Below, one piece after another: positions 1-15,036 of a DNA stretch of 64,000 nt (the first letter of the stretch is position 1; the number at the start of each line of letters is the position of its first letter). Origin of the DNA: Escherichia coli. GTDB lineage: Bacteria; Pseudomonadota; Gammaproteobacteria; Enterobacterales; Enterobacteriaceae. Where the stretch lies: assembly GCF_003334305.1 (NCBI RefSeq), contig NZ_QOWS01000008.1; one strand, given 5' to 3'. The notes beneath the pieces were generated by a model. It searched no databases. It was not told the DNA's origin and was given only the letters and a program-made list of their open reading frames with translations. The position numbers and the translations under genes are program-made.

Positions 1-93
1 CATGGCAATAACCGCCGCCAAAAACTGCGCCAGAATGGGGATGCCGAAAAAAGTCATTACCAGCGAGGTCAAAATCCATTTTCTGTTTTGCAT
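1..93 (-). CDS. 5' part of a small ORF running off the window edge; hydrophobic N-terminus (MQNRKWILTSLVMTFFGIPILAQFLAAVIAM...)
   Basis: ATG at 93..91 on minus strand preceded by GGAAAG Shine-Dalgarno-like motif; open to position 1. May correspond to the small ORF downstream of glgP in K-12 (yzgL), not verified. Confidence 0.3.
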   Translation of the reverse strand, partial: MQNRKWILTSLVMTFFGIPILAQFLAAVIAM

Positions 94-176
94 TATTCTT
101 TCCATTCTTTCTGAATGGCGAAATTATACTCCCCGAGTCCCCTTGCCCCTTCTGGACACTTTTCCGAAATGATGGC

Positions 177-205
177 GAAAAAAACGGGACCCTTTGGCCC
201 CGTTC
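177..205 (-). terminator. Rho-independent terminator candidate downstream of glgP
   Basis: Minus-strand reading gives GC-rich imperfect hairpin (ACGGGGCC..GGGTCCCGT) followed by a T7 run, 15-40 nt past the glgP stop. Confidence 0.5.
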
Positions 206-220
206 TATTTATTAGTGAAA

Positions 221-2686
<2,466 letters not shown>

Positions 2687-4120
2687 CTATTTCAAGCGAT
2701 AGTAAAGCTCACGGTACGACTTCGCCGCGACCTGCCAGCTAAAATCCATTGCCATAGCCTGACGTTGCACAAACCGCCACAGTGAAGGACGGGACCACAG
2801 TACAAAAGCACGTCGAATAGCCCGTAACAGCGACCAGGCATTACTATCTTCAAAGACAAACCCACTGGCGACGCCATCTGCAAGGTTCTCAAGAGAACAG
2901 TCAGAAACCGTATCAGCAAGCCCACCGGTGCGCCGCACTAACGGCAGCGTACCGTACTTCAATCCATAAAGTTGCGTTAAGCCGCACGGTTCAAAACGGC
3001 TGGGCACCAGAATGACATCCGCGCCGCCCATAATGCGATGCGAAAATGCTTCGTGATAGCCAATCTGAACGCCCACCTGGCCGGGGTATTCCGCTGCCGC
3101 CGCAAGGAAACCTTCCTGCAGCACCGGATCGCCCGCGCCGAGTAGCGCCAGCTGCCCGCCCTGCTCCAGAAGGCCCGGTAAGGCTTCCAGCACCAGGTCG
3201 AGACCTTTCTGGCTGGTCAGACGGCTCACCACTGCAAAAAGCGGCACTTTATCATCAACCTTAAGCCCCATTGCGATTTGTAACTGGCGCTTATTTTCCG
3301 CTTTATCTTCCAACGTATCGCGGGTGTAGCGCGAGGCCAACAGTAAGTCCGTCTCTGGACTCCAGATTTTCTCGTCCACGCCGTTCAGTACGCCGGAAAG
3401 ACGCCCTTCACGGTGACGCTGTTGCAACAGACCTTCCATACCGTAGGCAAACTGCGGTTCGGTGATCTCGCGAGCGTAGGTTGGACTGACCGCCGTAATG
3501 TGATCGGCATAGTACAGACCGGCCTTCAGGAAAGAGATTTGTCCGTTGAATTCCAGCCCATGAATATTAAAGAATGACCATGGCAATTGGATGTCATTCA
3601 TATGATGTGCATAAAACATGCCTTGATAGGCCAGGTTGTGCACAGTAAACACCGACTTCGCCGGACGCCCGCGCGCCGCCAGATACGCAGGCGCAAGGCC
3701 TGCATGCCAGTCGTGCGCATGCACCACATCAGGACGCCAGAATGGGTCAAGCCCGCTGGCCATTTCTGCCCCAACCCACCCCAGCAGCGCAAAACGCAAT
3801 ACGTTGTCGGTATAGGCAAATAAGTTGGTATCGTGATACGGGCTTCCCGGACGATCATAGAGATGCGGCGCGTCAATCAGGTATATGCCAACCCCGTTGT
3901 AATGACCGAACAACAGCGTGATATGTCCGGCGAAGGTATCACGACGGGATACTACCTGCGCATCGGTAACGCCACGGCGAATATCGGGAAATGCAGGCAA
4001 CAGTACGCGAGCGTCAACGCCGTCTGCGATTTGTGCTGCGGGTAATGCCCCAATAACATCAGCCAGACCGCCGGTTTTAAGCAGCGGGAACATCTCTGAA
4101 CATACATGTAAAACCTGCAT
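2687..4120 (-). CDS. glgA: glycogen synthase
   Basis: 477-aa ORF starting [22 protein letters not shown], the conserved ADP-glucose binding KTGGL motif; matches E. coli GlgA. Confidence 0.96.
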
Positions 4121-5415
4121 TATCGCTCCTGTTTATGCCCTAACTTCCGTAGCATTTCGCGCGTTACCAGCACGATGCCTTCTTCTGAACGATAGAAACG
4201 ACGTGCATCTTCCTCTGCGTTTTCACCAATCACCATGCCTTCCGGAATAACACAAGCACGATCGATGACGCAGCGGCGCAGACGGCACGAGCGACCTACC
4301 CATACTTCCGGTAACAATACGGCGGAATCAATGTTGCAGAATGAATTCACGCGAACGCGCGAGAACAGAACGGACTGCACCACCACCGAACCGGAGATCA
4401 CACAGCCGCCGGATACCAGTGAGTTAAGGGTCATCCCGTGGCTACCGGAGCGATCCTGCACGAATTTCGCTGGCGGTAATGATTCATTGTAGGTGCGAAT
4501 TGGCCAATTGCGATCGTACATATCCAGTTCCGGCACCACAGAGGCCAGATCGAGGTTCGCTTTCCAGTAAGCTTCCAGCGTACCCACATCGCGCCAGTAC
4601 GGCTCGGCATCCGGGTCGGATTGTACGCAAGAGAGCGGGAACGGGTGCGCATAGGCCAGACCGGCTTCGGTGATCTTGGGAATCAAATCTTTGCCAAAGT
4701 CGTGGCTGGAGTTCTCATCACGATCGTCTTCTTCCAGCAGTTCATACAGATAGTCGGCGTCAAAGACGTAGATACCCATACTCGCCAGAGATTTGCTCGG
4801 ATCGTTCGGCATTGACGGTGGGTTAGCAGGTTTTTCAACGAATTCGATAATTTTATCGTTCTCATCAACCGCCATAACGCCAAATGCGGAGGCTTCTTCA
4901 ATCGGTACTGGCATACAAGCAACGGTGCAACGTGCGCCTTTTTCGACGTGATCGATAAGCATACGCGAGTAGTCTTGCTTGTAGATATGGTCGCCCGCCA
5001 GGATCACCACGTATTCCGCTTTATAACGGCGGATAATGTCGAGGTTTTGGGTGACCGCATCTGCGGTGCCGCGATACCAGTTTTCCCCTTTCATTCTCTG
5101 CTGTGCTGGCAGCAGATCGACAAACTCGTTCATTTCTTCATTGAAGAATGACCAGCCGCGCTGAATGTGCTGCACCAGAGTGTGGGACTGGTACTGGGTG
5201 ATCACACCCATACGACGGATCCCGGAGTTGATGCAGTTAGACAGCGCAAAGTCGATAATGCGGAACTTACCGCCGAAGTGTACGGCCGGTTTTGCTCGCT
5301 TATTGGTTAAATCCTTCAGGCGGGTACCACGTCCTCCCGCCAGTATCAGGGCAACAGATTTCAATGGCAGCTGGCGCGCCAACATTAAGTGATCGTTCTT
5401 CTCTAAACTAACCAT
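4120..5415 (-). CDS. glgC: glucose-1-phosphate adenylyltransferase
   Basis: ORF track gives 443 aa from 5451; recognised protein begins [33 protein letters not shown] at internal ATG 5415 (431 aa). Stop overlaps glgA start by 1 nt. Confidence 0.93.
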
Positions 5416-5432
5416 GACTAACTCCTTTTTTA

Positions 5433-7406
5433 TCATCTCTGGAACACACACAATCCGTGTGCAGGTCCCTGCCAGACAGCCGTAATCACTGGGTTATCCT
5501 CTCCAGCGAATGGGGGAATGGCGTGCCACTCCCCAGCAGGTAAAACAATCTCTGTTACCTCAAGCGTGGCGTTAATTGCGATCAAAAAGCGATCCGAGAG
5601 CAGAATTTGCAGCTGTTTCGGCCCGTTTTGCCACTCATCCGTGCTTAAAGGTTGAGCATATCGATTTAGCCAACGGACATTGCCGTCGCCTTCTTCCCAC
5701 CAGCGATTCTCCACCAAAGCGGGAATGCGCTTGCGCAGATGGATTAACGCGGCGGTAAATGCGGTTAAACCACTGCTTGCCTGCGACCAGTCCAACCAGG
5801 TTAATTGGTTATCCTGACAGTAGGCATTGTTATTGCCATGCTGGCTGTGACCATGTTCGTCACCGGCCAGTAACATCGGCGTACCCTGGGAGAGCAACAA
5901 CGTTGTTAACAGGGCGTGAATGCTGTCGCGCCGCCGTTCAACCAGGTCAAGAGAACCGCCTAACCCTTCTTTACCATGATTGTTACTGTAATTGTTGTTG
6001 GTCCCGTCGCGATTTTCTTCTCCGTTTGCTTCATTGTGTTTATGGTTGAAGCAAACGCAGTCGCGAAGCGTAAAACCGTCATGCGCGGTGACGAGATTAA
6101 TCGCGGCACTCGGCAGACGACCATTACGTTTAAAAACATCGCTGGAGGCAGCAAAACGCCCGGCAAACGCCCCCAGAGGCAAATCATAATGTAGCCAGAA
6201 ACGACGGGCAGCATCGCGGAAATGATCGTTCCACTCGGCAAACAGCGGCGGGAAATTTCCCACCTGATAACCACCAGGAGCGATATCCCACGGTTCAGCA
6301 ATTAACTTCACCTGCGAGAGCACCGGGCAGTTCTGGATAGCGGTAAACAACGGCGCATCCTGACGGAACTCTGGCGTACGGCCCATGACTGCCGCCAGAT
6401 CAAAGCGGAAACCATCGACGTGGCAGGTTTCTACCCAATAACGCAGGCAGGCGCTGGCATAATCCACCACCGCCGGATGACTCAAATTGAGCGTGTTGCC
6501 GCAACCGGTCCAGTTGTGATAATCGCCGTCTTCTCTTATCCAATAATAGCTACGGTTATCGATCCCACGCAGCGAGAATAACGGGCCGTCGAGGTCCAGT
6601 TCCGCACTATGGTTGAGCACGATATCAAGAATGACTTCGATACCCGCTTTATGCAGTGCTTTGATTGCATCGCGAAACTCATCCAGCGCCGTTTCTGGCG
6701 AGCAGGCATACGCCGGATGCAGCGCAAACATCGCCACCGGGTTGTAACCCCAGTAGTTACTTAGCCCCATGCGTTGCAGACGTGGTTCACTGGCAAACTG
6801 CGCCACTGGCAGCAGTTCCAGCGCGGTAATGCCCAATTGTTTCAAATAGTTGATCATCACCGGATGCCCGAGGGCTTTATAAGTGCCACGGATCTCGACC
6901 GGGATCTGCGGGTGCAAGTACGTTAATCCTTTGACATGGGCTTCATAAATGATGGTGCTGCCCCACGGCGTGCGCGGCGGGGCATCATCTTCCCAGTCAT
7001 AGTGATCAACCACCACTACGCATTTCGGCGCAATGGCGGCGTTGTCGCGATAGTCAGGTTCATTATGACCGGCGTGCAGCAGCGGGTTATCTTTAAACTC
7101 CCCGTCAATTTGCCGCGCGCAAGGATCAATCAACAACTTCGCCGGGTTAAAGCGATGCCCCTCGGCGGGTTGCCAGGGGCCATGAACGCGATAACCATAA
7201 CGCAAACCCGGGCGCGCATCCGGCAGATAACCGTGCCAAATGTCGCCACTGTGCCCTGGCAAGTCATAGCGATGTTCCTGGCCATTGGCGTCAAAGACAC
7301 ACAGTTCTACCCGCTCGGCATGAGCGGAGAAAAGTGTGAAGTTGACGCCCTGACCGTCGTAATGCGCGCCGAGGGGAGCGGGTTTGCCAATGGCGAGTTG
7401 TGTCAT
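5433..7406 (-). CDS. glgX: glycogen debranching enzyme
   Basis: 657-aa [44 protein letters not shown]13 family motifs; start ATG overlaps glgB stop (ATGA). Confidence 0.96.
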
Positions 7407-9589
7407 TCTGCCTCCCGAACCAGCCAGATAGTGGCCAGCGGTGGTAGCGTCAGGCTTAGTGAATGCTGACGACCGTGGCTGGCAATCTCATCGCTGTGTA
7501 CCGTGCCGCCATTGCCTGCATTACTGCCGTGATAGTGCATGGAATCGGTATTGAGGATTTCACGCCATTTGCCCGGCTGGTTTATGCCGAAGCGATAATC
7601 ATGACGCGGTACCGGCGTAAAGTTACTGGCAACGATGATTTCGTTACCCTCTTTATCGCGACGCACAAAGATCAGCACCGAGCGTTCTTTGTCATCCACC
7701 ACCAGCCATTCAAAGCCGTACGGGTCAAAATCCAGTTCATGCATTGCTTTATGGTGGCGGTAGGTGAGGTTCAGATCGCGCACCAGACGCTGGACACCGT
7801 GGTGCCAGTTATCGCCGCCTTCCAACAGATGCCAGTCGAGGCTGGCGTCATGGTTCCACTCGCGGCCCTGGGCAAATTCGTTACCCATGAACAGTAGTTT
7901 CTTGCCCGGGAATGCCCACATCCAGCCATAGTAGGCGCGCAGGTTCGCGAATTTCTGCCATGCGTCGCCCGGCATGCGGTCGAGAATCGATTTTTTACCG
8001 TGGACCACTTCATCATGCGACAACGGCAGGACGAAGTTTTCAGTGTAGTTGTAGAGAATCCCGAAGGTCAGTTTATCGTGATGATACTGACGATAAACCG
8101 GGTCGAGCTTCATGTAGTCCAGGGTGTCATGCATCCAGCCGAGGTTCCACTTGTACCAGAAGCCCAGACCGCCCATATCCTGCGGACGAGAAACGCCAGG
8201 GAAATCGGTAGACTCCTCAGCCATTGTCACCGCACCGGAAACCTGCTCACCAAGAATACGGTTGGTATTACGCAAGAATTCAATCGCTTCAAGATTCTCG
8301 CGCCCGCCAAATTCGTTCGGGATCCACTCCCCCTCTTTACGGCTGTAGTCGCGATAAATCATTGACGCCACCGCATCGACGCGCAGCGCATCAATACCAA
8401 AACGTTCAATCCAGTAAAGCGCGTTACCGACGAGGAAGTTACTGACTTCACGGCGACCATAGTTGTAGATCAGCGTGTTCCAGTCCTGATGATAGCCTTC
8501 ACGCGGATCGCTGTGTTCATACAAGTTCGTGCCATCAAATTCGGCAAGCGCAAAGTCATCGGTCGGGAAGTGGCCTGGCACCCAGTCGAGAATCACGTTC
8601 AGACCCGCTGCGTGTGCGGCATCAATGAAATAACGGAAGTCGTCGCGAGTACCAAAACGGCGGGTTGGTACATACAGGCCGGTTGGCTGATAACCCCAAC
8701 TGCCATCGAAGGGATGCTCGTTAATGGGCAGTAGTTCGAGGTGGGTAAAGCCCATCCATTTAGCATAAGGCACCAGTTGATCGGCCAGCTCGCGGTAGCT
8801 CAACCAGAAATTGTTATCGGTGTGGCGACGCCAGGAACCCAGGTGAACTTCATAAATAGAGATTGGCGCATCAAACTGATTCGCTTTTTTGCGCTCTTCA
8901 GTCTGTACAACCTTTTCCGGCAGCCCGCAAATAAGAGACGCGGTTTCCGGGCGCATTTGCGCTTCGAAGGCATAAGGGTCGGACTTCAGACGCAAGTTGC
9001 CATTGGCATCAATCATCTCGTATTTATAGAGCTGACCGTTATGCGCCCCAGGGATAAACAGTTCCCAAATGCCGCTCTCTTTACGCAGACGCATCGGGTG
9101 ACGGCGACCGTCCCAGTAGTTGAATTGCCCAACCACCGAGACCCGACGGGCGTTTGGAGCCCAGACAGAGAAACGCGTACCTGTGACGCCATCCATAGTA
9201 TCTGCATGCGCGCCTAAGGTTTCATACGGGCGCAGGTGAGTACCTTCAGATAATAGCCAGGCATCCATTTCCTGGATTAGCGGGCCAAAACGGTAAGGAT
9301 CATCAATCAGGTTTTGCTGACCATGCCAGACAACAGCCAACTGATAGCGGAAAAAATTCTTACGTCGCGGAATGACACCGCTAAAGAATCCCCGTGAGTC
9401 GAGACACTCCAGTTTTGCGAGTTTGCGCCCGGTTTTCGGTTCAATCACCCACACATCGGTAGCGTCGGGTAAAAGGGCACGGACTTCCAGTCCCGCGGTG
9501 GTTTTATGCATTCCCAGTACGGAAAAAGGATCCGCAAAATGGCCTGCAATTAGCGCGTTAATCACGTCTCTATCGATACGATCGGACAT
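7403..9589 (-). CDS. glgB: 1,4-alpha-glucan branching enzyme
   Basis: 728-aa [31 protein letters not shown]; matches E. coli GlgB length and sequence. Confidence 0.96.
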   Translation of the reverse strand: MSDRIDRDVINALIAGHFADPFSVLGMHKTTAGLEVRALLPDATDVWVIEPKTGRKLAKLECLDSRGFFSGVIPRRKNFFRYQLAVVWHGQQNLIDDPYRFGPLIQEMDAWLLSEGTHLRPYETLGAHADTMDGVTGTRFSVWAPNARRVSVVGQFNYWDGRRHPMRLRKESGIWELFIPGAHNGQLYKYEMIDANGNLRLKSDPYAFEAQMRPETASLICGLPEKVVQTEERKKANQFDAPISIYEVHLGSWRRHTDNNFWLSYRELADQLVPYAKWMGFTHLELLPINEHPFDGSWGYQPTGLYVPTRRFGTRDDFRYFIDAAHAAGLNVILDWVPGHFPTDDFALAEFDGTNLYEHSDPREGYHQDWNTLIYNYGRREVSNFLVGNALYWIERFGIDALRVDAVASMIYRDYSRKEGEWIPNEFGGRENLEAIEFLRNTNRILGEQVSGAVTMAEESTDFPGVSRPQDMGGLGFWYKWNLGWMHDTLDYMKLDPVYRQYHHDKLTFGILYNYTENFVLPLSHDEVVHGKKSILDRMPGDAWQKFANLRAYYGWMWAFPGKKLLFMGNEFAQGREWNHDASLDWHLLEGGDNWHHGVQRLVRDLNLTYRHHKAMHELDFDPYGFEWLVVDDKERSVLIFVRRDKEGNEIIVASNFTPVPRHDYRFGINQPGKWREILNTDSMHYHGSNAGNGGTVHSDEIASHGRQHSLSLTLPPLATIWLVREAE

Positions 9590-9861
9590 GCTTGTCTTCC
9601 TGTTTTATTGTGTCACCCCATCCAATTGGATTTTTGACTTCTGGTTGTGACATTTTTTTGACCTGAACGGCGCAGCACTCTGTGCATCCTCTCTGCGTCG
9701 TCCTCACTTCAGGTAAGGCTGTGAATACTCATGTATTCAGCCACCCTTAAAGAATAGCCAATGCTCTATTTAACTCCCGGTAAATCATGAAACATCTGCG
9801 CTTACTCCTGTATTACGCACTAACAGGGGCGGCATCGCGCCCCAGATTTAATGAATAAAGA

Positions 9862-10965
9862 TTACGCCAGTTGACGAAGCATCCGACGCAGCGGCTCCGC
9901 GGCCCCCCACAGCAGCTGGTCGCCCACGGTAAAGGCTGACAGGAACTCTGGTCCCATATTCAGCTTACGCAGGCGGCCTACCGGCGTGGTCAGCGTGCCG
10001 GTAACGGCAGCTGGGGTTAGCTCACGCATAGTGATTTCCCGATCGTTCGGAACGACTTTCGCCCACGGATTGTGCGCAGCCAGCAGTTCTTCCACGGTCG
10101 GAATAGACACATCTTTTTTCAATTTAATAGTGAATGCCTGGCTGTGGCAGCGCAATGCCCCGACACGCACACATAAACCATCTACCGGAATTACGGAAGA
10201 TGTGTTGAGGATCTTGTTGGTTTCCGCCTGCCCTTTCCACTCTTCGCGGCTCTGACCGTTATCGAGCTGTTTGTCGATCCACGGAATCAGGCTACCCGCC
10301 AGCGGCACGCCAAAGTTATCCACCGGCAGCTCACCGCTACGGGTTAAGGTTGTGACTTTGCGTTCGATATCGAGAATAGCAGAGGACGGGGTCGCGAGTT
10401 CATCTGCCACATGGCCATACAGATGGCCCATCTGGGTTAATAACTCACGCATATGTCGCGCACCACCGCCGGAAGCGGCCTGGTAGGTTGCAACGGACAC
10501 CCAATCAACAAGATCATTGGCGAATAAACCACCCAACGACATCAACATCAGGCTTACGGTACAGTTACCGCCAACAAAAGTCCTGATGCCATTATTTAAT
10601 CCGTCGGTAATGACGTCCTGATTGACGGGGTCAAGAATGATGATGGCGTCATCTTTCATGCGCAGAGACGATGCTGCGTCAATCCAGTAACCTTGCCATC
10701 CGCTTTCACGAAGCTTTGGATAGATTTCGTTGGTATAATCGCCGCCCTGACAGGTCACAATGATATCGAGGGCCTTTAGCGCCTCCAGATCAAAGGCATC
10801 CTGAAGTGTGCCAGTGGTTCCGCCAAAAGACGGCGCAGCCTGGCCAAGCTGAGAAGTAGAAAAGAAGACAGGGCGAATGGCGTCGAAGTCGCGCTCTTCA
10901 ACCATGCGTTGCATGAGAACGGAGCCGACCATACCGCGCCAGCCGATAAAACCAACATTTTTCAT
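9862..10965 (-). CDS. asd: aspartate-semialdehyde dehydrogenase
   Basis: ORF track 408 aa from 11088; recognised Asd begins [21 protein letters not shown] at internal ATG 10965 (367 aa). Confidence 0.94.
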
Positions 10966-11157
10966 AAGCGTTTTTTTCCTGCAAAGATGTGTGCTGTATA
11001 AATGTGCCGGTCTCCTCTTGGCACATCTTTCACCATACAAAAAGCAGCCAAAGTCGCAAGTGAAATTAATCAATGATAGCGAAGCCATCAGTAATGCGAC
11101 TTATCCTGCTTTGTTAGCACGCAGAAAGTCCGCGGCAATTATCAGGGAATTTGAGTT

Positions 11158-11751
11158 ATGAATGAAATCATTTCTGCAGCAGTTTTATTGATCCTGATTA
11201 TGGATCCGCTCGGAAACCTACCTATTTTCATGTCCGTACTGAAACATACTGAACCGAAAAGACGGCGGGCAATCATGGTGCGAGAGTTGCTTATTGCTCT
11301 CCTGGTGATGCTGGTGTTCCTGTTTGCGGGTGAGAAAATTCTGGCATTTCTCAGCCTGCGAGCAGAAACCGTCTCCATTTCTGGCGGCATCATTCTGTTT
11401 CTAATTGCCATTAAGATGATTTTCCCCAGCGCTTCAGGAAATAGCAGCGGGCTTCCGGCAGGTGAAGAGCCATTTATCGTGCCGTTGGCAATTCCGTTAG
11501 TCGCCGGGCCGACTATTCTCGCCACGCTGATGTTGTTGTCTCATCAGTACCCGAATCAGATGGGGCATCTGGTGATTGCTCTGCTGCTGGCCTGGGGCGG
11601 CACCTTTGTCATCCTGCTACAGTCTTCGCTATTTTTACGTCTGCTGGGCGAGAAAGGGGTGAACGCACTTGAACGCCTGATGGGATTGATTCTGGTGATG
11701 ATGGCAACCCAGATGTTCCTCGACGGCATTCGAATGTGGATGAAGGGGTAA
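11158..11751 (+). CDS. yhgN: MarC-family inner membrane protein
   Basis: 197-aa hydrophobic ORF MNEIISAAVLLILIMDPLGNLPIF; divergent from asd as in K-12. Confidence 0.9.
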   Translation: MNEIISAAVLLILIMDPLGNLPIFMSVLKHTEPKRRRAIMVRELLIALLVMLVFLFAGEKILAFLSLRAETVSISGGIILFLIAIKMIFPSASGNSSGLPAGEEPFIVPLAIPLVAGPTILATLMLLSHQYPNQMGHLVIALLLAWGGTFVILLQSSLFLRLLGEKGVNALERLMGLILVMMATQMFLDGIRMWMKG

Positions 11752-11807
11752 CGAGGAGAGTTTTTCGAAAAGAACCCGGTAGCGTCACAACTACCGGGCG
11801 AACAAAC

Positions 11808-13148
11808 TTAACTCAACAGCTGGAACGCAATCATCCCAACGATGGCACCGACAGTGCCGAGGATGGTTTCCATCATGGTCCAGGTTTTCAGCGTTTCGGC
11901 TTCGGTCGCGCCGGTAAATTTACCGAACAACCAGAAACCGGCGTCGTTAACGTGGCTGACAACAATCGAACCACCAGCGATACAAATCGACAGCGCCGCC
12001 ATTTGCGCACCGGAGTAGTTCAGTTGTTCAATAACCGGCATCACCAGTCCTACCGCCGTTAAACAGGCTACGGTGGCAGAACCCTGAATGATGCGCACTG
12101 CAGCGGCCAGCACGAAGCAGGTGATGGCTATCGGCAGGCCCATGCCAGTTAACGCTTCGCCCAGTGCCGGACCTACGCCAGAGTCAACCAGCACCTGTTT
12201 GAACACGCCACCTGCACCAATCACCAGCAGAATGATCCCCGCCGGTTGCAGCGCGTGACCGCAAATCTCCATCACTTTGTCTTTTGGCATGCCCTGACGC
12301 ATTGCCAGGCCATAAATCGCTACCAGACAAGCAACCAGAATCGCGGTAAACGGATGACCAATAAACTCGAACCATTCGTAAGCGGTAGAGCCTTCTGGCA
12401 CAAAACGCGCGGCAATGGTTTTCAGCCCCACCAGCACCAGCGGCAACAGGATCAGCGACAGGCTGAATCCGAAAGATGGCATTTTGCCTTCGCCGAGATG
12501 CGGTTCGCTGATGTCGTCAGGAATATGCAACTCCACGTAGCGGCTGATGAAATTACCCCACAGCGGCCCGGCAATAATCATTCCCGGAATTGCCGCACAC
12601 AGGCCAATCAGGATCATCCAGCCAAAATCGGCGTTCATCTGCGATGCCAGCAGCATTGGCGCTGGCCCTGGCACCAGGAACGCCGCCGCTGCCGCCACGC
12701 CTGCGAATAATGGGATTACCAGCTTCACCAGGTTCGTACCGGTGTGGCGCGCCATTGAGAAAGCAACGCTAATCAGCAGAACAATCGCCACTTCAAAGAA
12801 CAGCGGTAGCGCACAGACCAGCCCCGCAAGGCCGATGGCATAATGCGCGCGGCTGTGACCGAAGGATTTAAGCATTTTGACGGCAATCTGATCGACTGCG
12901 CCGGTTTCATGTAAGATCTTGCCAAACATAGCTCCCAGGGCGACAACCACCGCCAGGAAGCCGAGGGTGCCTCCCATCCCTTTTTCCATCGTCGCTGCGA
13001 TTTTATCGAGCGGCATACCGGAAAAAAGGCCAGCCCCCATGGACACCACCATCAAAGCCAGGAAAGCGTGCATACGCGCCTTCATGACTAAAAACAGCAG
13101 CAGTAAAACAGACCCTACTGCTGTTAAAACAAGCGTTAATGTAGTCAC
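11808..13148 (-). CDS. gntU: low-affinity gluconate:H+ symporter (GntP family)
   Basis: 446-aa polytopic membrane ORF MTTLTLVLTAVGSVLLLLFLVMKARMHAF; immediately downstream of gntK. Confidence 0.94.
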   Translation of the reverse strand: MTTLTLVLTAVGSVLLLLFLVMKARMHAFLALMVVSMGAGLFSGMPLDKIAATMEKGMGGTLGFLAVVVALGAMFGKILHETGAVDQIAVKMLKSFGHSRAHYAIGLAGLVCALPLFFEVAIVLLISVAFSMARHTGTNLVKLVIPLFAGVAAAAAFLVPGPAPMLLASQMNADFGWMILIGLCAAIPGMIIAGPLWGNFISRYVELHIPDDISEPHLGEGKMPSFGFSLSLILLPLVLVGLKTIAARFVPEGSTAYEWFEFIGHPFTAILVACLVAIYGLAMRQGMPKDKVMEICGHALQPAGIILLVIGAGGVFKQVLVDSGVGPALGEALTGMGLPIAITCFVLAAAVRIIQGSATVACLTAVGLVMPVIEQLNYSGAQMAALSICIAGGSIVVSHVNDAGFWLFGKFTGATEAETLKTWTMMETILGTVGAIVGMIAFQLLS

Positions 13149-13151
13149 TAC

Positions 13152-13679
13152 TTATTTGCCTTTTTTAATAACCTCAATGGTGCTTGCCACAACACCTTCC
13201 AGCGGTTGATCGATATCCACCACCAGTACATCAGTTTCGTCCGCACCCGGCTCCTGCAGCGTTTCAAACTGCGTCACCAACATTTGGGTTTTAAAGAAAT
13301 GGCCTTTGCGCGCTTTCAGGCGGCTTTCAATCACGTCAAAATCGCCTTTCAGGTAGATGAAAGAGAGATTCGGATTACCTTCACGCAGCAAGTCGCGATA
13401 GTGTTTTTTCAATGCAGAACAGACGATCAGTGACACTTTATTAGTGCGCTGCATAGCAAACGCGGCGTCGTTCAGCGCCTGCAACCACGGTTTGCGATCG
13501 TCGTCATTCAGCGGTTCGCCAGACGCCATTTTTTCGATATTGCGCCGTGGATGGAGGAAATCGCCATCAAGAAACGCGGCATGAAGTTGATGCGCCACTT
13601 CACTGGCGACCGCAGATTTGCCGCTGCCCGATACGCCCATCAAGACGTAAATGTGGTGATCATGGTTAGTCGTGCTCAA
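13152..13679 (-). CDS. gntK: thermoresistant gluconokinase
   Basis: P-loop GVSGSGKS; ORF track starts at ATG 13700 (182 aa) but remembered protein (175 aa, MSTTNHDHHIYVL) corresponds to TTG start at 13679; start assignment uncertain between the two. Confidence 0.88.
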   Translation of the reverse strand: MSTTNHDHHIYVLMGVSGSGKSAVASEVAHQLHAAFLDGDFLHPRRNIEKMASGEPLNDDDRKPWLQALNDAAFAMQRTNKVSLIVCSALKKHYRDLLREGNPNLSFIYLKGDFDVIESRLKARKGHFFKTQMLVTQFETLQEPGADETDVLVVDIDQPLEGVVASTIEVIKKGK

Positions 13680-13707
13680 AGTGGTGCCCCCACAATACAA
13701 GAATTAA

Positions 13708-13740
13708 AAATGTTACGGGTAACTGTTATCGGTAACATTG
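13708..13740. promoter_or_regulatory. paired LacI-type half-sites, likely GntR operators in the gntK promoter
   Basis: Sequence AAATGTTACGGGTAACTGTTATCGGTAACATT contains two overlapping TGTTAC..GTAACA palindromic units between gntR stop and gntK start. Confidence 0.55.
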
Positions 13741-13817
13741 TCCAGCCGGACAATATCAGAAGCAATATCCATCCGTGCCTTAAGTGTATAAGTGTGAGCT
13801 ACTTCAAATTTGTGGGC

Positions 13818-14813
13818 TTAAATAGATCCGCCCGGTGACAAGGTGAAACCTAAATCTAACATTTTCGGTGTCACAGATTCGCCACGAATACGCGCCAGCA
13901 GGCGTTCAGCGCCAATACTGCCCATCCGCTCACGCGGCGTCAGCACGCTCGCTAACCGCGGCTCCATCACCTGGCCAATGTCATGACCGTGGAAACCGGC
14001 AATCGCCATATCGTCAGGAACCTTCAATCCCAGACGCTGACATTCAAACGCCGCGCCGACCGCCAGGTCATCGTTGGTACAGAACACGCCATCCATCTGC
14101 GGATATTCCCGCCGCGCCTGGCGAATCAGTTCAATACCGGAAGAGTAAGAAGAAGATTGCTCAACCATCACGCTATACGGCACCAGACCTGCATCCAGCA
14201 TCGCCTGTTCGTATCCCTTCTGTTTGATGATAGTACGTTCGTCGAGACGCGCGCCGAGATAGGCAATGTGGCAATGCCCGCGAGCAATAATGGCGGTGGT
14301 CATCTGGCGTGCCGCTTCAAAGTTATCAAAACCGACGGCGATATCGAGGCACGGCGACTGGCTGTCCATGAGTTCCACCACCGGGATCCCCGCCACTTCA
14401 ATCATCTTTAAGGTGCGCGGCGTGTGGGTACGTTCGGTGAGGATCAGTCCGTCGATATTCCATGAGAGCATGGATTCGAGACGTTCTTGCTCCATTTCCG
14501 GTTTATAACCGTAGTGCGCCAGCATGGTCTGATAACCGTGCGCGTCGGTGACGCTTTCGATTCCGCGTAATACTTCCGCGAAAACCTGGTTGGTGAGAGA
14601 AGGTAACAGGACGCCAATCGCCCGGCTGGTAGCGTTAGAGAGGATATCGGGCGCACGATTGGGAATATAGCCCAGTTCATCAAGAGCGGCGGCAATCTTG
14701 CCGCGTAGAGCGACGGAAACCTGCTCCGGGTTGCGTAAAAAACGGCTGACCGTCATTTTGGTCACGCCTACACGGTCAGCCACATCCTGAAGTACGGGTC
14801 TTTTCTTTTTCAT
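13818..14813 (-). CDS. gntR: gluconate operon repressor (LacI family)
   Basis: 331-aa ORF MKKKRPVLQDVADRVGVTKMTVSRFLRNPEQV with N-terminal HTH; matches E. coli GntR. Confidence 0.95.
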   Translation of the reverse strand: MKKKRPVLQDVADRVGVTKMTVSRFLRNPEQVSVALRGKIAAALDELGYIPNRAPDILSNATSRAIGVLLPSLTNQVFAEVLRGIESVTDAHGYQTMLAHYGYKPEMEQERLESMLSWNIDGLILTERTHTPRTLKMIEVAGIPVVELMDSQSPCLDIAVGFDNFEAARQMTTAIIARGHCHIAYLGARLDERTIIKQKGYEQAMLDAGLVPYSVMVEQSSSYSSGIELIRQARREYPQMDGVFCTNDDLAVGAAFECQRLGLKVPDDMAIAGFHGHDIGQVMEPRLASVLTPRERMGSIGAERLLARIRGESVTPKMLDLGFTLSPGGSI

Positions 14814-15036
14814 CGTCCTGAAGGTACAAAAGAGATAGATTCTCTTAGTTTAACACGGACGCATCAGAACCTTCCCGGGGAAAACAGTGCTTGTTTACAA
14901 TTATTAGATATACACTAAATCAATTGCATCGCATTGTGCTAACGACGCGGCAAAACCCCGGAAGCGTGCATCAGCACGCGACCGGAGCGAGCGAGGAAGC
15001 CTGCAAAAAGGCAGGCTTCAAAGATGCCGTTGAGTT

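Noticed and set aside
7463-7897. 144-aa plus-strand ORF
   Set aside because: Antisense within glgB; shadow ORF.
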